64,000 nt of DNA from the human T2T-CHM13v2.0 reference genome, Homo sapiens. Numbering within the stretch: the stretch's first letter is position 1; every line of letters begins with the position of its first letter. Where the stretch lies: the NCBI RefSeq assembly GCF_009914755.1, contig NC_060926.1; one strand, given 5' to 3'. The translations under genes were made by a program, and so were the position numbers. Positions 26,751 through 40,425 of the stretch are shown here, in pieces. A model generated the notes under the pieces. The model made no database searches. It was not told the origin of the DNA and saw nothing but the letters and a program-made list of their open reading frames with translations.

Positions 26751-28254
26751 ATTTTTAGTGAAGTGCAATAAACTCCAATATACTCACATGGGACATGTGC
26801 CTTCACAACCCAAAGTAATTTCAAGTCACACTGGATTCCCTAGGGATGGTAACTCAGGTAGATTTGCCTTATATCCCTTTGAGGAATACAAGAAAGGATT
26901 ACTTCAAGGCTCTTTGAGCTCTACAACACGGACTCTTGGTTTGACCCCAAAATTCTAATTTTCACCCATGTAACTATGTGTAACTATATGAATATTCTTC
27001 CTTGCTGTGTACAAACTTCCGGAAACACAATTACACCTTCCAAATGGATGTCATATCTTTGCCCCATCAAAATGTTATGGTCAAGAACTTCTTGTGCCTG
27101 CCCCTGGGGGCCCGGTGGTGAAGACAGCACTCATAGACTCTGCCCAGATGGAGATTACTACAATTTAGTAGAGAAGACAGCCATCAAATGAATGATTGTA
27201 AATAATTAAGAGAACAATGTGAAGAAAGCAAAGTGCCCTAAAGAAAAGACAGGATGCTTTTGAGAAAATGGAGGGAGAGGTAGCTAATTTCCTTTAAACC
27301 CATGGCATCCTTCTTGGAATTTGAACTGAATGCTTTCAAAATTGCCCCAAATCCTGAAATCACTTAATAAATATTTCTGAATTAATATCCTAGACAAAGG
27401 AAATGAGGTAATACTTGCAAACCAGAGGAACGCGTGGCAGTTTCTTTATACTCCCAATGCTGGGAAAAAGTTGAAATGAGCTCAAACAGAGAACGACAAG
27501 AAATGCAGGGCACATTTTGCTGTGGTTACAGCCCTTCTCACTAGCTGGATTGTTTTGGGCCTCATTTTCATGAGGCTTAATACAATCAGGAAGAGCTTAG
27601 ACACCCAGCCAGTATAAATACCCCACCGGAGTCTGATCAAGGAGAGAACCAAAACCTAACCAGCCTGGGCTCTCTTGTGGTGCCCAGACACACATGTGGG
27701 CAGATCCCCCAGCCAATAACTCTGGCCCCCTCTGGGGGCTCCCCACCCTCACCAATCAACACATTCTTAAAGTACCCTCAGGCTGCTGACGCTCATAATC
27801 AGACCTGGGTTGGATTGCAAACATCTCTATAGTGCCAGTGCTGGCTAATGTGATTAGGCACAGAGCATTAGCCAAATAAAAGGGATGGGGAATAAGGAGC
27901 CAGAAAGACAAGGAGATGGAGAGAAGGAAAGGAAACTGTGTGCACAAGGTGGGAAGAAATGGGGAAAGGCCTTGTGTCACCCCCAAAGAGAGGACACTAA
28001 AAGTCAAGGGAACCCTCAAATCAAAACAGTTTATTGCTGAGTCAAACAGCTGGCCAGCAATCAACAAATATTGAGCTCCTACTGTGTTCATGTTCCCTTA
28101 CCATTAGCCAGCTCACAGCCCACCAGAAGGCACACTCAAAAAAAATGCCATAAAGACCGATGCTTAAAGCATCCACCAAGATGATACACACTTTCATAAC
28201 AGAGTTTTTGAAGGAGAGAATAAATGAATGGATACAAATAAACAAGTACCCTAC

Positions 28255-28685
28255 TATAGGGTTAATTCCATGTGTCAACTTGGCTAGGTTATGGTGCCCA
28301 ATTGTTTTATCAAACGCTAGTCTAAATGGTGCTGTGAAGGTATTTTTTAGATAAAATTAATGTTTAAACTAGTAGACCGAATAAAGCAGATTACCTTCTA
28401 TTATATGGGTGTGCCCCATCCAATCAGTTGAAGATCTTACGAGCACAAACTGAAGTCTCCTGAAGAAGGAGGAATTCTGCATCAAGACTGCAAAATTGCA
28501 ATCCTACCTGAGTTTCTAGATTGCTGGTCAGCTCTGCAAATTTTGGACTCACAACTGCAATATAATTCTCCCCTGGGTCTCCAGGCTGCTGCTCTGCCCT
28601 ACAAATTCTGGACTGACTAGCCCCTATGATTGTGTGCACCTCAAAATATCTATGTATCAGCTGAAATAAAGGTTATATATATATG

Positions 28686-28716
<31 letters not shown>

Positions 28717-28880
28717 TATATCCCTGGGTTCTCCTGCAGGGTTAGGAGAGCCCTACAGGGGCTCTAAACCTTTATTAAAAAAAAAAGGATTTATATATAT
28801 ATATATTAGATTTTGTGTGGGTGTGTCTGTGTGTGTGTATCCTATTGGTTCTATGTTTCTAGAGAAACCTGTCTAATACA
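28255..28880 (+). mobile_element. MLT2D-type (ERVL) LTR with an internal (TA)n/patchwork insertion
   Basis: Start ggttaattccatgtgtcaacttggctagg..atggtgccca; end tcctattggttct..ctaataca. Confidence 0.85.
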
Positions 28881-30099
28881 CCCATTAAATAAGCCCATTG
28901 ATTGTAAGGCAGGCCCAAATTCCAGGAATGTTAAAATGTGAAAAACTTGTGCTTCTTAGAATTCAGGAGATAAGGTCACTGTAATTAGTATAATAACTTC
29001 CAGTGTACTGAGGATTGCCAAGGAAGACAGAGGATGCTATGGGAATTAGTGCAGAAATACCTGCATGAACCTGGCAGGGTCAGAGCGCTGGGTAAGCAGA
29101 AACGAGAACTATTAGAAAGCATCACCAGCCAGAAGACAAAATGGGCTCAAGTGGCAGAAAAGAAAGGAGGTATTCTGGTAAAGAACAAGGAACCTGCATG
29201 TGCTGTCCACAGACACTCCCACCACTCAAAGCCATGACCGACTTGCACTGTCCTGAAGGCCAGCCTCCTGCATGTGGCCCACCAGCCTCTTCTCCAGGCC
29301 CTGGAAGAGCAGAGCATCTCACCAGTGGGTGAAGGTCTCCAGCTTTTGCATCTGAGACAGAAAGCTGTGAGCCCGCATTCCACTTGCACAATGCCAAAAG
29401 GGTTAATTCCCAACATCCCCCTTTCTCCCCCACCCTGTAAGTAGTGGCAATCTTTTCTAATCATTTCCATTTCTATTCCTCTTTAATTCTCCCACTCCCC
29501 TCTTTGTTTTCATGACCTGTGGGAACCTGAACTGCAGCTGGAGGTAGAGACTGCCTTTATACTTAAAGCAGATATTTAAGCAATTATCCTGTCACTGGGC
29601 CTTGCCTTGCCTCCTGCATATGGGTCGCTCCCAAGCAAGGCATTTGGTTTCTCCTTTGTTCCCGGTGCACAGAGTAAAATTGTTCCAGAAAGCCCTTGCC
29701 CTTGAGCAATGGGGCCGGGAAGATGGGGGTGAACTCTGCTGGGATCCTGGATGTCAGAAAGGAGGCAGGCAATGGTGACTTGGGCCACTTTCGGCCTCTT
29801 TGGCTCTGTCTACCCCATGCTGCACAGGCTATCTCCCTCCAGCAGCAAAGAGTCTGTGAGACACTCATGGCTGCTCCTCACCACAGAAGCTCAGGTGGTA
29901 GGAAGGCCAGGCCTGTGATGTAGAAAGTTCTGCCTGCTGCCCTATGGCTGCAGGTGCATGCATGCTCTCCTCTAGGGCTCTCCTAACCCTGCAGGAGGAC
30001 CCAGGGATCAGGCACCCCAAGGAGAAGCAAGGATAGCCCCATCAGCTTTGCTGTGACCTGAATGTGTCACCTCCAAGACGGTGATCTCGCAGAACCACT

Positions 30100-30546
30100 G
30101 GTATTGGTTTCCTGTGATCGTTGCAACAAATGACCACAAACTGGATGGCTCAAAATAAGAGAAAATGTATTCTTTTACATTTTTGGAAGCCAGAAGCCCC
30201 AAACCAATAAAACAGGGATGAAATCAAGGTGTCAGCAGGGCCACACTCCCTTAGGAGGCTCTAGGAGGGAATCTCTTCTTTGCTTCTTACAGCCTTTGGT
30301 GGCTGCCAGCGTTCCTCAGCTTGCAGTGGCATCATTCCAATCTCTGCCTCCTTTGTCACATTGTCTTTTCCTCTGCATGCATCAAATCTCTCTCTGCTTC
30401 TGTCTGATACGGACACTTGTGATTGCATTTAGCACCCATCTGGATAATCCAGGGTAATCTCCTCATCTCAAAATCCTTAATATAATCCCATCTATAAAGA
30501 CTGCCATGTGAGGTAACATTCATAGGTTCCAGGGATTGGGACTTGA
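30100..30546 (-). mobile_element. MLT1C-type LTR
   Basis: gtattggtttcctg..aacaaatgaccacaaactggatggc..aaatcaaggtgtcagcagggcc..gtaacattcataggttccagggatt. Confidence 0.85.
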
Positions 30547-31057
30547 TGTTATAGTCTCACCAATGCACCACAATGTAGCAGTCTCTTGTGAGGTATCACC
30601 CAGAGTCCTTTGTCTCGTGACCAGGAGAATTAAGGAGTGTGGACACAAAGGGTGGGGTAAGAGTGAAAGTTTAATAGACAAAAGAAGAAAGCTCTCTGCT
30701 GTGGAGAGGGTCCCTGGAAGAGGGTTGCTGTTTTTACAGTTGGATGCAAAGGCTTTTATAGGAAATCAATGAGGGTTGGGCATCTCATTTGAATAAGATG
30801 CAAATTTCTGGTCGCTCCACCCTGTCCTCTTAATGTGCATGCGGCTCTTAGCTTGAGTTATTCCATATTGCTTTGTTCCCCTTACTGCACATGTGTCAGA
30901 GGAGGGAATTTTCCATTGTGGGCAAGCCCCCCTGTTCAAGTTCCCTTATCTGTGCCTGTAGGCTGTTCTTTTGTTTGAAAAGATTCAACTGAAGACCCAT
31001 GCTAACTGCAGACCCACACTAACTGCCGGCCTGAGTTTTTTCCTTTCTCCTCTCTCA
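30547..31057 (-). mobile_element. ERV1-class solo LTR (MER66-like, tentative) inserted in or next to the MLT1 end
   Basis: TG..CA termini: the minus strand begins tgagagaggagaaaggaaaaaactcag and ends gagactataaca. Poly(A)-signal-like attaaactttc on the minus strand. Confidence 0.7.
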
Positions 31058-31279
31058 CTATCCCTCCCTACAGCAATCTTATGCCTACTTCTCTCAGAGT
31101 AAGAGATGGGACCAATAGATAAGGTGTGATGGACCTCTCTCCTATCCTACATTCCTAGGTGTTGAGGGGAAACCAGGGTCTTACCAGATGAGCAAGGACC
31201 AGCTCCTTCACAGTCACGGAGGTCAAAGAAAGAGAGTGGAGTGGTTGGGCTTTAGTGTCCCATTGTCAAAAACACTGGG

Positions 31280-31640
31280 TAGAATTAGGTAATGAAAAGA
31301 TGTCTGGGCTCAATCTTATACAAAATTATTTACTAACCATGTGGCTTCCAACAAGTTAACCTAATGTCTCTAAGCTTTGGTTCCCAAACATATAAAACGG
31401 GCACATCCATAAGGAGTCATTAGGACTTATTTCGTATTAACCATGTGCTGGATATCATGGTGAGCACTTTCCAAATATTTTCTAATCCTCACAGAGGTTT
31501 ATAAATTAAGGATTATTATCTTCATTTTACAGATGAGTAAATGAAGATTCAGAGAAATTACATAATATGCCCTGGGGTCACACACCTTAAAGTCACTCAC
31601 AGAGACTTACTTTGTAGCCAGGCCTGTCTGACTCCAAATC
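31280..31640. mobile_element. Two MIR copies in opposite orientation (+ at about 31280-31410, - at about 31420-31640)
   Basis: tttactaaccatgtggc..caagttaacctaa (+) and cattttacagatgagtaaatgaagattcagagaaatt..ggtcacac (-). Confidence 0.7.
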
Positions 31641-31659
31641 ATAAGACAATTAGCCCAGA

Positions 31660-31820
31660 GAGAACTTAGCCTCGATCCCCATTAGAATCACCTGGGGAGC
31701 TTAACATATGTAGCTGTGCAGGGCCATCCTGACCAGTTGAATCAGGATCTCTGGGGATGAGGCCTGGGCATTTGTTAAAAGCCTCCCAGGTGACCAATGT
31801 GCAGTCAAAGCTGAGAACCT
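31660..31820. mobile_element. MER5A MITE
   Basis: cattagaatcacctggggagctt..gaatcaggatctctggggatgaggcc..cccaggtgaccaatgtgcagtcaaagctgagaacc. Confidence 0.75.
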
Positions 31821-32267
31821 GTCAGATACATGAGCCCCTCCCCCTCCTCACGCTGAGTGAGGGCCGTGGTCCTTCTCCTCTGCAGGCTGGTCGGTCCCAA
31901 CCGCACATCCTCGGTCAGCCCTTCCTGATAACTTTGTCTTGATCTAACAACGAAAACCTTCCCTGCTGAACAAAGAACATCCTCAATTATTCATTCATTT
32001 ATTTACTCGTGTATTGAATGAGTACAAACTCCATGCTGCTTTCTTTCCAGCCCCTCAAACAGTACCTGGCTCTTAGTAGGTGTTTGGTGAAACTATTTCA
32101 TTCAGTGTCTACTGCAGGTCAGGCATTATAAAGGTTTCCTTGTTAGGTACCCCTTACATATGTTTTCTTTCCCATTTTGTCTAACCTCCTCTGCCCCATG
32201 AGGACAGGTCCCCTGACTCCTAGTGTGGGCCTGACCCTGCTGTGCCTATTTCCTGCCTTTGCCACTT

Positions 32268-32712
32268 GTGGAAAGTTGAAACATGGCCCCCCAAAAGACA
32301 TCCACATCCCAATTCCTGGAATCTGTGAATGCTACCTTATTTGGAGAAAGAGTTTTGCAGGTGTGATTAAGTTAAGGATCTTGAGATGGGAACTCTCCTG
32401 GATTATCTGAATGGACCCCAAATGCCATCACAAGTGTTTGTATAGGAAAGATACAGAAGAAAGAGGCCAACAGAAGAGGGGGCGGCAATGTGACCCTAAG
32501 GCCGAGGTTGGAGTGATGCGGCCACTTGCCAGAAAATGCTCACAGCCACCAGAGGCAAAGAGTCTTCTCTAAACCCTCCAAAGGGAGTGTGGGCCTCCTG
32601 ACATCCTCATTTTGGCCCAGTGATACTCACTTCAGACTTCTGGCCTTCAGAACTACAAGAAAATAAAGTCTGTTGTTGCTAATTTGTTACAGCAGCCACA
32701 GGAAACTAATAC
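32268..32712 (+). mobile_element. MLT1C/D LTR
   Basis: atggccccccaaaagacatccacatcc..gcaggtgtgattaagttaaggatcttgagatggg..acagcagccacaggaaactaataca. Confidence 0.88.
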
Positions 32713-33544
32713 AATATTTGTCCTGATTTTTTACCTTGTGCCCACCACCTCAGAGCTCTAACCAAACCAAGCCTAATCCCCAACACCTGGTCCACTCCAT
32801 GCCAAGTCATTTTCCCACATCATCATTCCACAGGGGCTTTTAATCTTCCTGCCGACTCCTGAGAGCAAGGGCCTAGGTTTCCTTGCTAGGCCAAAGGTCA
32901 CACTGCCAGATACAAAGTTTAGAGTTTGTAGGACAAGGCCCTGAGTGAAGAGAAGTGGAATACGAGACTGATCCCAAGGAGCCATCAAAACAAGCAGGAC
33001 AGTCCCTTCCATGGACAGCCCAACAGGATAGTTCACATCCTGGAGAGTTCTGGGGTGTAGAGATAGGCAGAAATAAAACAAGCTTGGAGACTAAAGTACA
33101 AAGTCAGAACATCACATTCCCCCCACGCCACAACTTCTCTTGTAGCCTCACCATTTCACCTTTCCCTACAAGGATCACGGGTCTACCATCACCTTCTGTG
33201 AAGTCTCTCACATTTACACAGCATTTACTGCTTTTGAAAAAGATTGCCACATCCATCACTTTATTTGAGATGCACGCTGTGAAGTAGGCAGGAGTGTTAC
33301 CGTCCTATTCTACAGCAAAGGTCAGAAAACTGAACTGAGATTGGACAGTTTGGGAAGTTAATGCAACAATCAGTCTAACGCAACAGCAGGTCCCCTTACC
33401 TGCATCCAGTGCTCCACCCACTTCACTTCACCTCTTGCCTTCTGTGCCTCCAAGGCTTAAGTACAAGAGGTCCAAGTATAGAGAAGGTAACAGACCAGGC
33501 AGGGTGACCAACAGCTCACTCTTCTACACACTTTGGAGAAGCTC

Positions 33545-33735
33545 ATACTTCTACTACACTTAATCCTCACAACAGCCCTAGGAGGCAGGTACTATTCATT
33601 ATCCTCATTTTATAAATGAGGAAAATGAGGCACAAGGAAATTTCCCAATTAGCCCAAGTTTTAATGGGTAGCACGTGGAGGAGCCAGGCTTTGAACCCAG
33701 GCATTTTGGCCCCAGAGTCTGTGCTCTTAACCCAA
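33545..33735 (-). mobile_element. MIR SINE
   Basis: ttaatcctcacaacagccctaggaggcaggtactatt..aaatgaggaaaatgaggcac..tttgaacccaggca..cagagtctgtgctcttaacc. Confidence 0.85.
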
Positions 33736-33966
33736 AGAGAGCTAATGTAGTACTGCAAGAACTATTATCTTTGAGCTGGAACTTCTCAAAATATATTATA
33801 AACCAATGACGTTCTAAGCACTCTTCAAAACAAAGAACCAAAGGCAAAATGAAACTAACTTAGCCCTTTAGAATGAAAGTGATATTGCTTTGAAACTCCT
33901 GTTGGAAACTCTTTCCACCAGATGTGTCCATTTGTAATGTGGTCATTATTAGCCACACATGTTTGG

Positions 33967-34008
33967 GGCGCACAGGCGCGCGCGTGTCTGTGTGTGTGTG
34001 TGTGTATG
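33967..34008. repeat. (CG)n/(TG)n alternating purine-pyrimidine microsatellite
   Basis: gcgcacaggcgcgcgcgtgtctgtgtgtgtgtgtgtgtatgt. Confidence 0.85.
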
Positions 34009-34599
34009 TTAGTTCATGTACTGTGAGATGAGTGGCAGACTCTCCAGATGGTTCACTAGAAACCTTACTTCAGGGCTCCCCCAGTGCTTCTGCTCCATCA
34101 AAGGGACTTTGAGTTTGGAGTTTGAGTAAATTAACAACATCCCTGTTCTTTATTTATCTCCCTTCTGACTGTGATAAATAGCCCTGGGGAATCCTTCCTA
34201 TTTCTGGGTTGAGAAAAAAATGAAACATCTCTGCCTACATTTCACACCAATATGGTTCGTAGAGTATTTATTATAAGCTAGCTGTATTCTAGTGTTATAG
34301 TACACGTTTTCAATCTCCCAAAAGTAGTAAGTGTACTTATCACCATCATTTCAAAGCCTTACTAATTACCTTAACCAGGTGGGGCAGGATGCCACAGCTG
34401 TGTAGAAATAACTGTAACTTCCCTATAAGAACTGGCAGTAAAACCCACATGTCCAATGCATACAGCCTACAGGTAAAAATATGCTGACACCGGTTGAAAG
34501 ATGGTTTGGGAGGTCTCCCAGTCTAATCTCTTTATCATATAGATGTGAAACTGAGGTCCAGAGATAAGAAATGATTTGTCCAGGAATACTCAGCAACAG

Positions 34600-36830
34600 A
34601 ATAGCAGTGCCTGCTTGTATTGGCACATTATGCAACTTAGATGAAACTTCATACAGAGAATATCAGAAAAGCTGGGCAATATTTAAAAAATTATCTGGCA
34701 CAAGAGATGTTCCAAGTCAGGGAAGAATTAGAAGACCAAGACTGAGAGAATAAAAAGGAAACCCAGAGAAGTCAGTCTGAAATTTTAGACTACTTTTCCT
34801 CCTGACTCTAGAGGCTCAGCCAATTTCAGTCGAGGTGTCTGAGAAGTTTGAGAGTAAAATGTAACAGACCTTTTGACAGACTATCTTCTGGATATGAAAA
34901 AAAAAATTATATTCAGGACCTACCAAAACTGAGGGGCTGATAAACTCCTGAGCTTTGGGATGGGACATGAAAGGGACATAAGCTTACCCTAGGAGTAAGG
35001 TTGAATCAAAAAGACTAGATCTCACTGGACTAAAATCCAGATTTGAACAATTTATGCCTAATTATATTAAGGTGGTATTGAATTTCAAAGGGACGGTGAC
35101 TTTCAGTAAGACGCAATTTAAATCCTCTCTAGAGGAAGATAACTTTATGCTTAGTGTCAAATTATCTCTAATTTTTATATACAATACATAGTACACAATC
35201 AAAAATAACCAGAAGGACTCAGATAACAGACTTTTCAGACACAGACTTTAAAATGACTATGCCTAATACATTCAAGGCATTTAAAACCAAGATGGAAAAT
35301 TCTGCCAATCAACTGGAAACTATTTAAAAAATAAGAAAATAAAACTTCTAAAACTAAAAGATACAATAACTAAATTTTAAAATCATGGATGGCTTTAAGA
35401 ACAGATTAAATGGAACTGAAATGTTAATTAGTAAGAGCGAAAATAGGTTGGAAGAAACATCCAGAAGAAAGCACTGAAAGATAAATGATGGAAAATAGAG
35501 AAAAGAACATATGAGATAAATTAGGACCTATTGCATAGGAAGAAAAGGTCGAAGTAATATTTGTTGTCATAGAAGAAGAGGAGAGAAAGAATAGAGGAGG
35601 AGCACTTTTAATTTAATTTTTAACTTTAGAGCATTTTTCAAAGCTGCTGAAAGACCAAAAGGCACAAATTCAAAAAGTACTTACCATGAATCTTAAGCAT
35701 GATTTTTAAAAAATCAAATCTTACCTACATATCAGAAAACAACTGATAATTAACCAAAAAAATGGAGGATTCTTTAAAAGAAAAATTACATAAACAAAAA
35801 TATAACTCACATCTCACCTCTCATCAAAGAAAACACAAGCCTGGCAGCAAAGTAATGGTGTCATAAAAGTGCTGAGAAGATAACTGCCATTCTACAATCC
35901 TATACCCAGCTAAAATATCCTTCAAAAAATGTCAGTGTAATCAAGATGTTTTTCACACAGTAAAAACATAGAGAATTTGTCAGTAGACTTGAACTAGAGG
36001 AAACGTTTATAGGCAGTAGCCAAGTGATCCCAGATGGGAGCTTGAAGGTGCAATAAGAGCAACAGAAATGATAAACAAGTGGATAAGCTAAGTGAGCAGT
36101 TACTACATAAAATAACAATAATACTATCTTGCAAGATTTAATATATGTGTCAATGAAAATTTGTGGTCATAGCAGCATATAAGTTGAAGGTGGAAAATAT
36201 AAAGTGCTTTAGGGCCCTTGCTTTATTCAGTAAGTGATGAAAGCTCTAATTTATGTTACAGTTGTCATATTAAATATATACATGTAAATTTTAATAACCA
36301 CTATAATTATAACCAAGAACATACCTATAAAAATCACAAAAATATAACAGGCAAGTTAATAGAGATAGAAATGAAATAATAAAGGAATAGTAAGTCCAAA
36401 AGAATGTAAAAAAGGAGAGAAAATGAAATACCATAGGTAAGACAAACAGAAAAGAGTAAGAGTGTAGATTTAAACTCAAACAGATCCATAAATGCAATAA
36501 AAGGCAAATGGACAAAATGCTCAAATTAAAAGAGAAAGATTATCAGACTGGATAAAAACCCAAAACCCAAAAAAAAAATGAGCATGCTGCTTACAAGTGA
36601 CACTCATTAAATATAATCATACCAAAATGCTGAAAACACAGGAAAAGGTATACTGTGCAAATACTAGCCACAAAGAGCTGGCAAAACTAAGTTAATATCA
36701 AACAAGTAGAATGTAAGGCAGGAATGATTTGTTGAAATAATAAGGGACACTTCACAATGATAAAAAGTATTCAATTGACCAAGAAAGTACATAATTCTAA
36801 ATTTACACATAGGTATTAATATAGCTAGTC
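34600..36830 (+). mobile_element. Ancient L1M (L1ME-type) 5' region: ORF1 remnant and start of the ORF2 endonuclease
   Basis: A-rich strand. ORF1 CTD-like cctatacccagctaaaatatccttc; EN-like agggacacttcacaatgataaaa..tcaattgaccaagaa. Confidence 0.7.
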
Positions 36831-37800
36831 ACCAGTGGGCTAGGTCCCAAGCGATGAGAAAAGAATACCTTTGGCTTCAGAGGATCATCTTAAATGAAGA
36901 CAAAAACAGAAAAAAAACAGGAAGAAAAATGGAAAATAGATTAGGAGAGTCATGGAGATAGGAAAGAGATGCAGAGAGAGAAATTAAAAAGACAGTTGGG
37001 TATGGATACAAAGTCTAGGGAAAATGAAAGAGAGGGAAGAAAGAAGGCTAGAAAGGACAGAGAGCAAAAACTGAAAGTAAAGCTAAAATGTGTTGACAGA
37101 AAAAGTATGAAGTTGTTGAGATTCCACAAATGCACCTCCTTCACGGAAGCTTAGCTCTTCACAGCCAGGGTCAGACTTTCCTGTGGCACATCGAGTGACA
37201 ACTGCCTTTATTAATTTCAAATATCAAAATCAGAAATCAAAAAAGGAGCAGTCATCACCATAACCCCCTTTCTGGCCTCAGAACTTGCATACAAATTGTG
37301 GTGTTCTCCACATCGTAAGAGCAAGAACAATCATGCATTTCCCTTCTGCCCAGAAAAGCCAATAAGTCACAGATTACGTAGCCATGCCCTCACCAGCCAG
37401 ACCGCCAGGACCAGGTCCTGTGTATGGTCTTGTCAATGATGAAACCAGGGAGGCCTAAAGTCAGGACTCAATTAAACCCTGAATTCAACTTTTGGACCAT
37501 TTTCCACAGACGCAAGTTGACGCAGGTGAACAGGCCAGGGAAGATGATTTTGTAGCAAATCTATTTCTGCTGTGCCCTATCTGCGTGGAATGTTTGCTCT
37601 GCTTTTTGTGCTTAAAAGTGCTTTGGGGATGTGGAATTTTTTGCTGGGATGAGTACGTGGGACAGAAGAGTCATCATTCTTTAAGCAGATAGATTTTAAT
37701 AACGGTTTTGAAAACACTGCCTGGTGTGCAGGGCCTGCAGCTGTAAGAACTCTATTGATCCCATTGACGTGGTATTTGTAAAACTTATGGCTTCTTAGAG

Positions 37801-38310
37801 GATTCATTCATTTATTCAACCAGTAATGGTGAGCAAGGCAGATATGACCCTACCCTAACAGAGCTTACATTCTAGTGGGGAGAACATGAATAGTCAAACA
37901 AAACAATTGCCATTTGTTATGAGATACCAGGACAGAGAATAACTGGAAAGAGGAGAGAGCCCCCTTCGGAGAGGGTTGTCAGGAAAGGTCTCTTTGAGGA
38001 GGTGACACCTTGGCCAGGTGTAAAGAAAGTGAAAGCCAGCCACGTAGGAGCCAAAGACAGCTTTTAGCAAGAGGGGAAGCATGAGAGAAGGCTAAGGTGA
38101 GAAGGGAGGCTTTGGTGTGTTTGAGCACTAAAAGCCAAGACCGGCCGGTTGGTGTGCAGAGGAGGTGCCATTTGAGGGACCATCATGGTGGAGACTATGC
38201 AGAGCTTGCAGGCGGTGACCAGGAGTTGGGTTTCACCATGCCAGCCATGGAAAGCTTCCAGGAGCTGCCAGGTAGAGGAGTGACTTGATCCATTCAACAA
38301 CTGCAAAAGC
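37801..38310 (-). mobile_element. L2 LINE 3' fragment
   Basis: cattcatttattcaac tail, gagcttacattctagtgggga, gtcaggaaaggtctctttgaggaggtgaca. Confidence 0.75.
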
Positions 38311-39012
38311 CACAGGCCTCAAGGGCAGCTGCAGAAGAAAAACTGTGAAACTTGAAGAACTTCCTGGCTAAGAGTGGCTGGCACCAGAGCCAGTAGGTAA
38401 GCAAGTCCCAAGAGCCTCCCTGCCCCAAGGCTCCAAAAGCCCAGCCTTTGCTCAGCTGAGATGGTCTAAGAGAGATAGGTCTTCCTCAGGGAAGGGAGAG
38501 CCTGGACTAGTGACTCAGAGGTTGTTCTTGTGACTGTAATTACACTGCTGAGGTTAATCCCAGACCCAGTGTTATCACAGTACTTCTGAGCATTAATTCT
38601 GTCCAAAGGAAGGCAGCTAAGTTTTACCCAGTAAGGAGATACTACAGGGTTAAGCCGGGTAAACTATGAACCTCAACCAAGTGAAACAAATACAAGCCAT
38701 GTTTGAGTAGAGAGACAGAGGAGATGCTGGTGTGGTCGAGATTTTGGACCAATATTTCTCTAGTGTGGTCCATGACTCATCTGCATCAGAATCAACTAAA
38801 AGACTTGCTAAAAATTCTGATTCCTGGTTTCATACAACTCAGATCTGCTGAATCCAAATATGGCTTTGAGTTTGGAAGGGACCCTTTGTGGCAAATGCAT
38901 CCTTGCCTGTCACATCATTGGCATAATATATCATAAATATAGGAAAACACTACTGAATATGTGCTGTTAGTTTTCTAGACCCCCAATGATCCCTGAGCAT
39001 CCCTCTTATCTT

Positions 39013-40320
39013 TTTTTTTATTATTATACTTTAAGTTCTAGGGTACATGTGCACAACGTGCAAGTTTGTTACATATGTATACATGTGCCATGTTGGTGTG
39101 CTGCACCCATTAACTCATCATTTACATTAGGTGTATCTCCTAATGCTATCCCTCCCTCCTACCCCCATCCCACGACAGGCCCCCGTGTGTGATGTTCCCC
39201 TTCCTGTGTCCTAGTGTTCTCATTGTTCAAGTCCCACCTATGAGTGAGAACATGCTGTGTCTGGTTTTCTGTCCTTGCAATAGTTTGCTGAGAATGATGG
39301 TTTCCAGCTTCATCCATGTCACTACAAAGGACATGAGCTCATCCTTTTTTATGGCTGCATAGTATTCCATGGTGTATATGTACCACATTTTCTTAATCCA
39401 GTCTATCATTGATGGGCATTTGGGTTGGTTCCAAGTCTTTGCTATTGTGAATAGTGCCACAATAAACATACATGTGCATGTGTCTTGATAGCAGCATGAT
39501 TTATAATCCTTTGGGTATATACCCAGTAATGGGATGGCTGGGTTAAATGGTATTTCTAGTTCTAGATCCTTGAGGAATTGCCACACTGTCTCACTGTCTT
39601 CCACAATGGTTGAACTAGTTTTCAGTCCCACCAACAGTGTAAAAGTGTTCCTATTTCTCCACATCCTCTCCAGCACCTGTTGTTTCCTGACTTTCTAATG
39701 ATTGCCATTCTAACTGGTGTGAGATGGTATCTCATAGTGGTTTTGATTTGCATTTCTCTGATGGCCCGTGATGATGAGCATTTTTTCATGTGTCTTTTGG
39801 CTGCATAAATGTCTTCTTTTGAGAGGTGTCTGTTCATATCCTTTACCCACTTTTTGATGCAGTTGTTTGATTTTTTCTTGTAAATTTGTTTAAGATCTTT
39901 GTAGATTCTGGATATTAGCCCTTTGTCAGATGAGTAGATTGCAAAAATTTTCTTCCATTCTGTAGGTTGCCTTTTCACTCTGATGGTAGTTTCTTTTGAT
40001 GTGCAGAAGCCCTTTAGTTTAATTAGATCCCATTTGTCAATTTTGGCTTTTGTTGCCATTGCTTTTGGTGTTTTAGACGTGAAGTCCTTGCCCATGCCTG
40101 TGTCCTGAATGGTATTGCCTAGGTTTTCTTCTACGGTTTTTATGGTTGTAGGTCTAATATTTAAGTCTTTAATCCATCTTGAATTAATTTTTGTATAAGG
40201 TGTAAGGAAGGGATCCAGTTTCAGCTTTCTACATATGGCTAGCCAGTTTTCCCAGCACCATTTATTAAATGGGGAATCCTTTCCCCATATCTTGTTTTTG
40301 CAGGTTTGTCAAAGATCAGA
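39013..40320 (-). mobile_element. 5'-truncated L1PA5-like element (1.3 kb) with an 18-bp TSD
   Basis: TSD gagcatccctctta(t/c)ctt at 38995-39012 and 40321-40338, followed by AA (EN site). ORF2 C-terminal peptides are in the ORF track. Confidence 0.93.
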
Positions 40321-40425
40321 GAGCATCCCTCTTACCTTAATGAGTCTCAAGGTGAATTTACAGAATTATGAATATTTAAATCCAGATATATAATTTAATC
40401 TATTTTTTTTTAAATAGTGTTGCTT

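Noticed and set aside
36830-36900. Possible C/D snoRNA-like stretch after the L1M
   Set aside because: Imperfect C box, no D box or terminal stem.
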